A stretch of DNA of 47,603 nucleotides from an uncultured Candidatus Saccharibacteria bacterium (GTDB lineage: Bacteria; Patescibacteriota; Dojkabacteria; SC72). Location: NCBI GenBank assembly GCA_964452735.1, contig CAYVNA010000004.1, positions 1 to 47,603 on the forward strand, given 5' to 3'. The notes under the pieces were generated by a model. It worked only from the letters and a program-made list of their open reading frames with translations. It made no database searches and was not told the DNA's origin. Positions 37,609 to 46,590 of the stretch are shown one piece after another. Each line of letters opens with the position of its first letter. Within the stretch, counting starts at the first letter, position 1. A program made the translations under genes and the position numbers.

Positions 37609-38115
37609 ACATAATACTGTAGACATAACTATAAAGTTGCCATCCCAAACTTCTTCTCCTGAAGTTGCACTACTATTTCCGTAGTATGAATATATTGTAT
37701 ATTCCCCTATAGGCATCGATGGTATCTTTACCCATATCTGTGTATTATCTGTATTACATTCTCCTTCTATCCAATATTCTAGTAGAGTTGTATCATCTTT
37801 ATCTACAAATCTTAAGTCTGAACAATCGGAATTAAGTTTACTATTTGATATCAATATAGAGGTATCCATTACAACTAATACCTCTTCATCTATCAATGTC
37901 GCACTAGTACCATTCTCCATGCTTATTGCTTTTCTATATCCCCAATTGGAATCATACCAAGCTATACTGGTTATTGACTTGGATAGATAGAGATAGACAG
38001 CTACAGGAAGAAGTATGATTATTATGAATACACTACATATTACAAGAATCTTTCTCCAGTTTTTGTACTTTGATCTTTTTGTCATGACGGCAGTATATGT
38101 ACAGTTTATATACAT
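37474..38115 (-). CDS. N-terminal part of the same giant surface protein: TM anchor, DUF2341 domain, start of repeat module 1
   Basis: WGYRKAISMENG...DLRFVDKDDTTLLEYWIEG...IWVKIPSMP...IYSYYGN is the DUF2341 pattern. The probable start is Met11 (MTKRSKYKNW, nt 38085) ahead of the TM. The ORF ends at TAG 37476-37474, in the middle of a repeat module. Confidence 0.8.
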   Translation of the reverse strand: MYINCTYTAVMTKRSKYKNWRKILVICSVFIIIILLPVAVYLYLSKSITSIAWYDSNWGYRKAISMENGTSATLIDEEVLVVMDTSILISNSKLNSDCSDLRFVDKDDTTLLEYWIEGECNTDNTQIWVKIPSMPIGEYTIYSYYGNSSATSGEEVWDGNFIVMSTVLCPEGWTRASEYDDRFPFGSNTYGTTGGSSSHSHNITDTITGASIE

Positions 38116-38169
38116 ACAAGATCATTGTCAAAACCACATAGTCTTTTCCCTACTGTTGAAATATGAAAA

Positions 38170-38243
38170 TGGGCGATATAGGATTCGAACCTATGACCCT
38201 CTCGGTGTAAACGAGATGCTCTGACCAGCTGAGCTAATCGCCC
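38170..38243 (-). tRNA. tRNA-Val (anticodon UAC)
   Basis: Minus strand: GGGCGAU acceptor, GCUCAGCUGGUCAGAGC D arm, anticodon loop UUUACAC, T arm AUAGG-UUCGAAU-CCUAU. Confidence 0.9.
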
Positions 38244-38280
38244 TTGTAATTAGACCTCGTATTATACTACAAAAGATCTG

Positions 38281-38367
38281 CCGGGGACAGGAGTTGAACC
38301 TGCACGGGAGTATAAATCCCACTACCACCTCAAGGTAGCGTGTCTGCCAATTCCACCACCTCGGCTT
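38281..38367 (-). tRNA. tRNA-Leu (anticodon GAG), class II with a long variable arm
   Basis: Minus strand: GCCGAGG acceptor. Anticodon stem CUACC/GGUAG with loop UUGAGGU. Long variable arm GGGAUUUAUACUCCC. T loop UUCAACU. Confidence 0.88.
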
Positions 38368-38479
38368 ACATGTAGAGAAGATTTTACCAAACAAATACTC
38401 TAAAAACAATTGGTATATTGCTACTCAAACTTTAATAAATCTAATACTTTTAATACTAAATCCAAAATATCAGGAACAA

Positions 38480-39235
38480 CTAATCTGTAATATATGGAGA
38501 CAAACTAATTGTCCCTAAATCTGTTACTTGGTTTTCCTTAATCGTAAAAGTTACTAAATTCCCTCCATATTCTGAAGAATTAACCAACTGATCTGGCACA
38601 TTCCCAGACCCTCCTAGCTTCGTAAGATAATCCTTAAATAGGCTCCTAATACTGGAGCAATATTTAGCGACATTCGCAGCATTATCCTCTCCACCATCAG
38701 CATAATAGACGCATTGCCTTAACGAATATACCTGATATGCATTTTTCCCGTCCTGATATACAGTATAGTCTACGGAATAAGTTCCAACAGGAAGAGTATC
38801 TTGTCCATTTTCTAAATCATTAGAATAGTTTGTTTTATCGCTATCTCCTTTTCTCCAAAAACAATACTGCTCAGATATCTCTTTCGTATTAGTAAAACAT
38901 AATCTGACAGCAGGTGTTCCTTCACTAGGGAAAGCAAAAGCTACTTTGAAATTTCCTGTCTTTACAGTATCTTTGCTTTCATCTTCTTTCACTTGTGTAT
39001 CGGTATCTGTCGTAGTATCTGTTTTGTCACTTGCAGTATCTGTTTTAATTATCCCTGAGAGTAAATCTATCCCGTTATCCTTCAATACATAATATGTTAA
39101 TCCACCAATTAAACAGATGATTAGAAATATCATTATCCCTACAAAACCTCTCTTACTTGGTTTAGATATCTCTACCTTAGGCTCCAAAGCAACTGGAGCT
39201 GGACTCTCCATACTGTTTTCTATCTGAGTTTCCAT
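38480..39235 (-). CDS. Hypothetical membrane-anchored extracytoplasmic protein with a Thr/Asp-rich linker
   Basis: 251-aa ORF. TM FVGIMIFLIICLIGGLTYYVL. TDTASDKTDTTTDTDT linker. Cys-containing C-terminal domain. Confidence 0.65.
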   Translation of the reverse strand: METQIENSMESPAPVALEPKVEISKPSKRGFVGIMIFLIICLIGGLTYYVLKDNGIDLLSGIIKTDTASDKTDTTTDTDTQVKEDESKDTVKTGNFKVAFAFPSEGTPAVRLCFTNTKEISEQYCFWRKGDSDKTNYSNDLENGQDTLPVGTYSVDYTVYQDGKNAYQVYSLRQCVYYADGGEDNAANVAKYCSSIRSLFKDYLTKLGGSGNVPDQLVNSSEYGGNLVTFTIKENQVTDLGTISLSPYITD

Positions 39236-39358
39236 TATATTTGTCGATTAAATTATCTCGCTTAAAACATTAACACTCTCCTTAACCAAATTCAACTCAT
39301 TGTAAAAATATGAAATATACGGCACAATATACTCACTAACATACACAGAAAAAGATAT

Positions 39359-40621
39359 ATGAAAATTAAAAACATACAAGCAAGAGAAATCCTAGACTCC
39401 AATGGTAAACCAACCCTATCTACAGAAATTGAACTCCTTGGTGGAGACAAAGGAACTGGAGATGTACCAAGTGGAGCATCCACTGGTACAACTGAAGTAC
39501 TAGAACTTCGAGACAAAGATGGACTAGGAGTAACAGACGCAGTAAATATCATAAATAGCAAAATTAAAGATTCCATCATTGAAAAAGAATTTAAAGGTCA
39601 AGAAGAATTCGACAACTACCTAATAGAACTAGACGGAACAGAACAAAAAAGTAAACTAGGTGGAAACAGCATCCTCTCATGCTCCATGGCATTCTGTAGA
39701 GCAACAGCTAATTCCCTTGGGCTAGAGCTGTACGAATATATCTCCATGATATATTCCAAAGAGGGCTACAATCCCAAAACTCTTGCTATGCCTACTCCAC
39801 TTGTACTAGTAATGGAAGGTGGAAAACACGGAGACTGGGCAACAGATATTCAAGAATTCATGATAGTACCAAACAAGGAGAAATTTAAAACCTTTGAAGA
39901 TGGTTTTAGACAAAGTATTAAGGTATTCCAAGGTATAAGGGACATACTTAAACAAAAGAGATATTCTACAAACGTAGGATTTGAAGGAGCATTTGCACCA
40001 AGTGAGATTAAAGGAAACAAAGAAGCACTAGATATAATACTTCAAGGGATACAGGAGAGTGGATATATACCAGGAGAAGACTTCAGTATAGCTTTGGATA
40101 TTGCAGCATCCGAAATGTATGACAAAACAAAATCTAAATATATTCTTAAGAAAGAAAAGAAAGAATTTGACACTTCCAAATGGATAGCATTCCAAAAAGA
40201 ACTTTTTGCTGACTACCCACTAATCTCCATAGAAGATCCACTTATTGAAGATGACTGGAGTGGATGGAGTACTGTAACTAAAGAGATGGGAGAGAAATAC
40301 AATATTGTAGGAGACGATCTTCTAACAACAAACACACAGAGGATACAAAAGGGAATTGATACCAAAGCAATGAACAGTGTACTCATAAAGTTAAACCAGA
40401 TCGGAAGTGTAACAGAGACACTCAATGCCATACGACTTACAGTTGATAATGGAATGACCGCTATAATCTCACACAGAAGCGGAGAAACAAACGACTCCTT
40501 CATAGCAGATTTGGTCGTTGGAACTCCTGCTACACAGTGTAAATTTGGAGGTCCAACTAGAGGAGAGAGACTTGTTAAATACAATAGGTTGCTTGAGATA
40601 GAAAAGAAACTACTTCTTTAA
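39359..40621 (+). CDS. eno: Enolase
   Basis: MKIKNIQAREILDSNGKPTLSTEI...SHRSGETNDSFIADL, canonical enolase N- and C-terminal motifs. Confidence 0.95.
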   Translation: MKIKNIQAREILDSNGKPTLSTEIELLGGDKGTGDVPSGASTGTTEVLELRDKDGLGVTDAVNIINSKIKDSIIEKEFKGQEEFDNYLIELDGTEQKSKLGGNSILSCSMAFCRATANSLGLELYEYISMIYSKEGYNPKTLAMPTPLVLVMEGGKHGDWATDIQEFMIVPNKEKFKTFEDGFRQSIKVFQGIRDILKQKRYSTNVGFEGAFAPSEIKGNKEALDIILQGIQESGYIPGEDFSIALDIAASEMYDKTKSKYILKKEKKEFDTSKWIAFQKELFADYPLISIEDPLIEDDWSGWSTVTKEMGEKYNIVGDDLLTTNTQRIQKGIDTKAMNSVLIKLNQIGSVTETLNAIRLTVDNGMTAIISHRSGETNDSFIADLVVGTPATQCKFGGPTRGERLVKYNRLLEIEKKLLL

Positions 40622-42889
40622 TCCCATCCGTTCAAACATATTTAGAGATACTTTCTTCGTTCTTTTTTCATTTTGTCCTCTGTAAATTGGTAATGTAAAT
40701 ATAAATTTACTCCCTTTTCCTAACTTGCTTTCTACCCAAATCTTTCCCTTCATCAGTTTCACTAAACTAAAGGTAACATACAACCCCAATCCCGTTCCTC
40801 CTGGTCTTACAATATCTACAGGATCTAAATTTCTTCCTTCGATATAATTATCTACCCTGTAGAACTTTGTCCCAAGTTTAGATAGTTCATCTTTTGGAAT
40901 CCCTTGGCCTGTGTCTTCTATCGAGACAGTAACACCGTGTTTGTCATACTCTGTTTTTACAATTACACTACCCTTCTCTGTATATTTAATAGCGTTATCC
41001 AGAAGATTGTTTAAAATCTCAATGACCCTTGCTTTATCTGCATATATCGTTGGAGTTCTTTTCTTCGCCTTGTTTACAATCTTCAATTTTTTGTACTTTG
41101 CCTCCCTCTCATGGCCATGGATACACATGTCTATTTCCATTAATACATCTACTTCTTCACTATTTATCTCTACCTTGTCTCCTTCTAATTTCGCAGATGA
41201 AAGTAATGTGTTAATTAATTTTATTTCATTATCTATAGCGTCCCTTATCCTACCTAAATGCCTTTTGAATTCTTCAGGGTTACTATCTACATATTTCTGA
41301 AGTAGTTCAACGTTTAATTTAACAACCGTAGCTGGTGTTCTAAGTTCATGTCCCATAATGTCTATCATGTCCCTTTCTTTCTTTCTTGCCTCTTCCAATT
41401 CAACCACCTTTATCTGTAACTCCTTGGTCTGTTCATTTACCTTCTCTTGAAGTGTTTTGTTGAAAGATTCTAACTGTTGATACAAAGTAGCTCTTACTAA
41501 AGCCATGTGGGTACTTTGCATAACACTTTCGAGAAAATCTATATCTCCAACAGTATATGAATCCTGGTTATATTTCTCCCCGATGATTACTGCTCCATTA
41601 AACTTCTCCGCTTCTTTAAGGGAGAATATTATCTCAATACCGTTCTCTTTCATGAAAGAAAGTATTGCCTCTCTCTTACTATCTATGATTCTCTTACCTG
41701 CACGTTTGTCTTTAATTAACTCAGAATATATTAATACTCTGTTACTATTTAATTTCCTCCAAACCTTTAGAGTATTAACAATATCTTCAATTCCAGCATC
41801 CCACTTTCCCTTCACCTGCTTAACCAATACATTATCTCTTCTGTCAAGAAGTATTACCGAAACTAGGTTCGTATCAAAGGATTTTGAAATTAATGTAAGA
41901 AGATTCTCGGAGATATCTTCCATCTTTACAGTCTCAGCATTCTTAGTTTGAAAGGTTTTTAGACTAGATATTGGGTGATACCTTGTATATACAATCTTCT
42001 CAGAAAGAAACTCATCTATCCATTTGAATATTCTGCCAAGTATTACGGTAATTGCGAACGAAACGATTGAAAGTTTGATAACACCAACCAAAGAAAAATT
42101 AATACCCCAAAAAGGTATAACTAAAAATATAACCAACAGGAAACATATTAATATTGCTATCGCCTTAAGAATCATCTGGGCAAAAGAACCGACTAAGACT
42201 CTTGTATCTAGAAATCTTGTTGTCAAGATAGAATATCCAACAATTATTGTCCAAATTGAATTACCAATTGTTCCGTATTTGTAGAAACTAGTATCACCAA
42301 ATATTAGAGGGAAGATGAAATCAAAGAGAAAAACAGGTAGGAGCATTACTATTCCACCGACAACATACAGCTGTACCTGTCTTTTTTCTATCCCTTTTAA
42401 AATTTTTGCCTGTTTAATGTAGTATCCAACTATGTAGATTGCAGTTATGAATTCTGGTAAACCGTAGAAGAAATACAGAGGACCCATTGTAGCTATACTG
42501 TTAAAATCTCCAGCCACATTATACGTGTCTATTACAACTAGGTTGGTAAACCACATGATAATAGTCATAACCAACATATATAATCCAATCAGTAGGAAGA
42601 AAGTTTTAAATTTGTTCTTTAATTCTTCAGGATAAACTCTAGCAAAAAGAATTAATCCCAAAGTCATACAGTATGCAGCTGTATATACAATTTTAAGCCA
42701 TATTGTTGTATCAAAGAGAATTGGGTTAGAGTAAAAGAATATGCACAATGACCATATTCCTAAGAAAAATACAGAGAAGAAATAATATCTTTTTACTCTG
42801 TTTCTAAAATCTGAAAATAGCACAAAAAAACCAAGCCCCATCTGAGTTATCCCGGAAAGTAGATTTATTAATCCTATGGTATCTGTCAT
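40610..42889 (-). CDS. Sensor histidine kinase with an N-terminal multi-TM (about 8 TM) sensor module, a central GAF-like region, a coiled coil, HisKA and HATPase_c
   Basis: H-box GHELRTPATVV. N/G boxes LNNLLDNAIKYT, DTGQGIP and GGTGLGL. Confidence 0.9.
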   Translation of the reverse strand: MTDTIGLINLLSGITQMGLGFFVLFSDFRNRVKRYYFFSVFFLGIWSLCIFFYSNPILFDTTIWLKIVYTAAYCMTLGLILFARVYPEELKNKFKTFFLLIGLYMLVMTIIMWFTNLVVIDTYNVAGDFNSIATMGPLYFFYGLPEFITAIYIVGYYIKQAKILKGIEKRQVQLYVVGGIVMLLPVFLFDFIFPLIFGDTSFYKYGTIGNSIWTIIVGYSILTTRFLDTRVLVGSFAQMILKAIAILICFLLVIFLVIPFWGINFSLVGVIKLSIVSFAITVILGRIFKWIDEFLSEKIVYTRYHPISSLKTFQTKNAETVKMEDISENLLTLISKSFDTNLVSVILLDRRDNVLVKQVKGKWDAGIEDIVNTLKVWRKLNSNRVLIYSELIKDKRAGKRIIDSKREAILSFMKENGIEIIFSLKEAEKFNGAVIIGEKYNQDSYTVGDIDFLESVMQSTHMALVRATLYQQLESFNKTLQEKVNEQTKELQIKVVELEEARKKERDMIDIMGHELRTPATVVKLNVELLQKYVDSNPEEFKRHLGRIRDAIDNEIKLINTLLSSAKLEGDKVEINSEEVDVLMEIDMCIHGHEREAKYKKLKIVNKAKKRTPTIYADKARVIEILNNLLDNAIKYTEKGSVIVKTEYDKHGVTVSIEDTGQGIPKDELSKLGTKFYRVDNYIEGRNLDPVDIVRPGGTGLGLYVTFSLVKLMKGKIWVESKLGKGSKFIFTLPIYRGQNEKRTKKVSLNMFERMGLKK

Positions 42890-42891
42890 TG

Positions 42892-44022
42892 CTATTTGTC
42901 TAACCTAAGAGCACAATTACATATATATAGAGGACACTTAGGAGGATTTCCAATCTCCCTCCATGAGCTTAATTCCTCTCGTTTTATTAACTTGTTTACA
43001 AGATATGAAGGATACACATCCTCTCTGTACTCCTCTATTACATCTGTCGTTATCCTCATAGACTTAAGCATTTGTACTATGTAAAGAAGTTTGAATCTCG
43101 AAAGTAAGTAGTGATTCCATCTGTAGAAGAGCAATGACTCTTCGTTGTTTACCTTTATTAACTTCTTCACAATCTCTCCTCTTGGGAAATATTTAGAATT
43201 ACTGTACAGCTCTTTACCATATACATACTCACGCATATTCTTAGTTGCAGAAGGAAAGAGAGAACAGAAAAGTAGGTGTAAGGTATCCAACTTAACAGTG
43301 TATAGAGGATCAAGGGAATCTGCTACAAGCACACTTCCTTTTTTCCCTCTCAGTATCATTTCCTCTAGAAGAGATGCATATTCATCTTCAGAAAGATACG
43401 CAGTACCATGGCTAGAGAAAAAACCATCAAAATAGTTACTAGGTTGTTTCTTTGTAAATTCAACAAAATCATCCAATACAATTGTAATATTTTCTTCTTT
43501 TGTTGAATAATTTTTTACACTTTCTCCTTTAAGATATGTCTGCCAAGGTATTTGGTAATAGTCTAGTGTGTTTTGAGTAGCAACAATTGAGTGAGGAGAG
43601 ATATCTACAGATACGAGTTCAATCTTTTTATCTGGGAATTTCTTTTTCAATTGGTTATTAAGCATCAAGGTTGACCATCCTGCACCTGGACCGTATTCTA
43701 AAACTCGAACGGTATCACCTTCGACTTTAATATTCTCAACAAGGAAATCAATATTGTTTAATGCTGTTTTTAGAGATGTAGGATTTAATCCTTTACCAAA
43801 CATTCTCATAATTTCAAACTCATCCCATCTTTCTGCTATCTTTATACCCGATTTCTTACTAAGCAAGAAAAGATAATACTCACCACACTTTCTTAAAAAA
43901 AGATTCTTTAAGGATACATTTACTAATGGGATGTCGGGAGCAATTTTGCTATACACTTCTTCAAGTTTAAGGTCTCTCTTCTTTAGCCAATACTTTTGTT
44001 TTCGTTCATCGCTTTGAATCAT
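42892..44022 (-). CDS. Putative SAM-dependent methyltransferase-like protein
   Basis: VLEYGPGAGWSTLML (motif I-like) followed by VSVDIS. Its stop lies 2 nt before the kinase start codon. Confidence 0.6.
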   Translation of the reverse strand: MIQSDERKQKYWLKKRDLKLEEVYSKIAPDIPLVNVSLKNLFLRKCGEYYLFLLSKKSGIKIAERWDEFEIMRMFGKGLNPTSLKTALNNIDFLVENIKVEGDTVRVLEYGPGAGWSTLMLNNQLKKKFPDKKIELVSVDISPHSIVATQNTLDYYQIPWQTYLKGESVKNYSTKEENITIVLDDFVEFTKKQPSNYFDGFFSSHGTAYLSEDEYASLLEEMILRGKKGSVLVADSLDPLYTVKLDTLHLLFCSLFPSATKNMREYVYGKELYSNSKYFPRGEIVKKLIKVNNEESLLFYRWNHYLLSRFKLLYIVQMLKSMRITTDVIEEYREDVYPSYLVNKLIKREELSSWREIGNPPKCPLYICNCALRLDK

Positions 44023-44065
44023 ATGAGGCAGATTAAGATTATGAATTCATTATATATACCTATCA

Positions 44066-45136
44066 CTACAAACTCAATCTAGGTTCCCTATCTATCTTCT
44101 GTATATCTTCTTTTTTAGTAATATATTCTCCATTTTGTATCTTGTAATACCCCGCTATACCTACCATACCCGCGTTATCTCCTCTGTACTCTCCCTTTGG
44201 ATATATATATCCCAAGCCATACTTCTTTGCTACAAATCCAATCTTTCTTACAATCTCCTCACTGTTAAACACACCTCCACCAACAAACAAACTCTTAATA
44301 TCTGTATTCTGTTCAATTGCCAATTCCAATTTAATAACCAAAGACTCAATAATACTGTCTAGAAATCCTCTACAGAAATCGTAAACCCATACACTGTCCT
44401 TAACACCACTCTCTCTTAGTTCATTGCTCTTGTAGAGAGCTGCTGTCTTTATACCAGAATAGCTAAAGTTCAAATCTTTTGAATTCTTCATCGGTACTGT
44501 AAAAGGGATAGCTCCACTCTTTCCCTTTTTGGCAAGCTCACCAATTATTGCTCCACCTGGATATCCGAAGTTTAACATCCTAGCTACTTTGTCAAACGCT
44601 TCACCTACTGCATCGTCTAGAGTTTCTCCCAACTTCTTGTATTGTCCAATACCAGAGGAATATATTAGTTCTGTGTGTTTACCAGAAATTAACAAACCAA
44701 GGGCTGGAAAAAGGTTCTCCTCATTAGATATTCCAACACCATTGGAATTAAGAAGTAATCCTGAGAGCAGATGTCCTTCCATATGGTTAACAGGTACAAA
44801 TGGTTTGTTATATTTAATTGCTAAATCTTTTGCAAATTGAAGACCTATTTCTAAATCTATAGCTAATCCCGGACCGTATGTAGCTACAACATAGTCAATA
44901 TCTTCCATTGTAAGCTTAGACTTCCTTAATGCTTCCTCATACACCAAGGGAATATTCTTCTCATGCTCACGCCTTGCAATATCTGGGACTACTCCACCCC
45001 ACTGTGAGTGTATTTCTACTTGAGAAGATACCTCGCTTGAAAGTATCTTTCTCCCTTGTAGTACGGCTACGGATGTATCGTCACAGCTTGTGTCAAATGC
45101 AATTATGTTTGGTTGGTTATCCTTCATAGATTTCAA
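44066..45136 (-). CDS. tsaD: tRNA N6-adenosine threonylcarbamoyltransferase TsaD
   Basis: IIAFDTSCDDTSVAV...VPVNHMEGHL...GGVFNSE, Kae1/TsaD ASKHA-fold motifs. Confidence 0.92.
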   Translation of the reverse strand: MKSMKDNQPNIIAFDTSCDDTSVAVLQGRKILSSEVSSQVEIHSQWGGVVPDIARREHEKNIPLVYEEALRKSKLTMEDIDYVVATYGPGLAIDLEIGLQFAKDLAIKYNKPFVPVNHMEGHLLSGLLLNSNGVGISNEENLFPALGLLISGKHTELIYSSGIGQYKKLGETLDDAVGEAFDKVARMLNFGYPGGAIIGELAKKGKSGAIPFTVPMKNSKDLNFSYSGIKTAALYKSNELRESGVKDSVWVYDFCRGFLDSIIESLVIKLELAIEQNTDIKSLFVGGGVFNSEEIVRKIGFVAKKYGLGYIYPKGEYRGDNAGMVGIAGYYKIQNGEYITKKEDIQKIDREPRLSL

Positions 45137-46196
45137 TACTCCTCTCTTGTTCAGATATGTGTTTAATTACTACTTTGTACATTGGTATATCCATATTGTC
45201 ACACAGTGCAGATATCTCCTCAAAGAATTTGTCTGCCCATTCAATTACTACAATATTTCTAGCTTCTAAGTTTTCAATTAATCCAGATTTTTCTAGTTCT
45301 CCCTTCTCCAATCTCCATGTATCCATATGTGCGAGTATCTTTCCATCGTACTTGTACTCATTAATTATGGTGTATGTTGGAGAATTAATTATCCCTTCTA
45401 CACCAAGGCTTTGTCCAATACCTTTGGTAAATTGTGTTTTTCCTGCACCTAACTCTCCACTTAGAGCTACAACAGAGGGTATACCGTTTTTAAGATATTT
45501 GTCTGAGAATTCTTTAGCTAGAGATATGGTTTCCTCAGGACTTTTGGTTTCTCTAACAAAGACCTTTTTGTTTTTAACAAGAGCATTTTCAAACTGTACA
45601 GAGCCCTGTCTTAGAACAGAGAGTTCATTCATGGTGGTATCTAGGACTGTAGAGGGAGGATTCTGAGGTAGTTGTCCTGCATCTAAAAACAGGTCAATTA
45701 ATTCCAAACTTTTCTTTGGAAGATCTTTCACTAACTTCTCAATACTGTATGGTGTAGATCTGTAGGATACATTGGCGGATGTTGCGGTTATTGGTTTGCC
45801 ATATCTTGCAATTAGCTCCTGTGTAAAGGTATATGCCGGTATTCTTACTCCTACTGCTCCACGAGAGGAAACAACAGGGCTAGTGAGAACTCCCTTGCTC
45901 ATGGATATGACTGTTATGGGGCCTGGGAGGTAGTTTTCGTAAAGGTTGTTTGCCATTTCGTTGATTTCTACATATTCGTTTGCCATTTGTTTGTTAGATA
46001 CGGCTATGGATATGGGTTTGGAGCCTCTATATTTCTTGTAGGAAAGTAGTTTGGCAAGGGCCTTAGGATTGGTTGCATCTCCACCAAGGCCGTAGCATGT
46101 TTCAGTTGGGTATATGATGAGTCCACCATTTTGAAGTGTGTCAATGGCTTTAAGTATTGCTTGTTCTTTGTTTTGGTTAACATCTATTTTTAGCAT
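45117..46196 (-). CDS. Fusion protein: YrdC/TsaC (L-threonylcarbamoyladenylate synthase) domain N-terminal, TsaE (YjeE) P-loop ATPase C-terminal
   Basis: YrdC part: IIYPTETCYGLGGDA, LPGPITVI, TATSANVS, PSTVLDTT. TsaE part: LSGELGAGKTQFTKGIGQSLG...INSPTYTIINEY...HMDTWRL...IEWADK. Confidence 0.85.
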   Translation of the reverse strand: MLKIDVNQNKEQAILKAIDTLQNGGLIIYPTETCYGLGGDATNPKALAKLLSYKKYRGSKPISIAVSNKQMANEYVEINEMANNLYENYLPGPITVISMSKGVLTSPVVSSRGAVGVRIPAYTFTQELIARYGKPITATSANVSYRSTPYSIEKLVKDLPKKSLELIDLFLDAGQLPQNPPSTVLDTTMNELSVLRQGSVQFENALVKNKKVFVRETKSPEETISLAKEFSDKYLKNGIPSVVALSGELGAGKTQFTKGIGQSLGVEGIINSPTYTIINEYKYDGKILAHMDTWRLEKGELEKSGLIENLEARNIVVIEWADKFFEEISALCDNMDIPMYKVVIKHISEQERSIEIYEG

Positions 46197-46266
46197 GGTA
46201 TAATTATACTAGGAATATATTGAAATGCCCATATTCCAATACTTTTAAATTAACAGCATACAAATT

Positions 46267-46590
46267 ATGTCAGTAGTACAAACAACAGGAGAAAATTTTG
46301 AGAATGAAGTTCTTAAGAGTGAAGGTTTAGTTCTTGTAGATTTCTGGGCTTCATGGTGTGGCCCATGTAGAATGTTGGGGCCAATACTTGAGGAGTTAGA
46401 GAAGGAGATGGGAGAGAAGGTAAAGGTTTGTAAGGTGAATGTAGATGAGGAGGGTGGACTAGCACAGCAGTATGGGATTATGAGTATACCAGCTGTATTT
46501 CTTTTCAAGGGTGGTGAGGTTGTAGAGACTATGATTGGATTACAACCAAAAGAATCTTTTGAGGAAGTACTTAAGAAACACTCAGATTAG
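46267..46590 (+). CDS. trxA: Thioredoxin
   Basis: VDFWASWCGPCRM active site in a 107-aa protein. Confidence 0.93.
   Translation: MSVVQTTGENFENEVLKSEGLVLVDFWASWCGPCRMLGPILEELEKEMGEKVKVCKVNVDEEGGLAQQYGIMSIPAVFLFKGGEVVETMIGLQPKESFEEVLKKHSD

Noticed and set aside
38191-38409. 72-aa minus-strand ORF (and the 38015..38224 plus-strand ORF)
   Set aside because: They overlap the tRNA-Val(UAC) and tRNA-Leu(GAG) genes. They are reading-frame artefacts of structured RNA genes.
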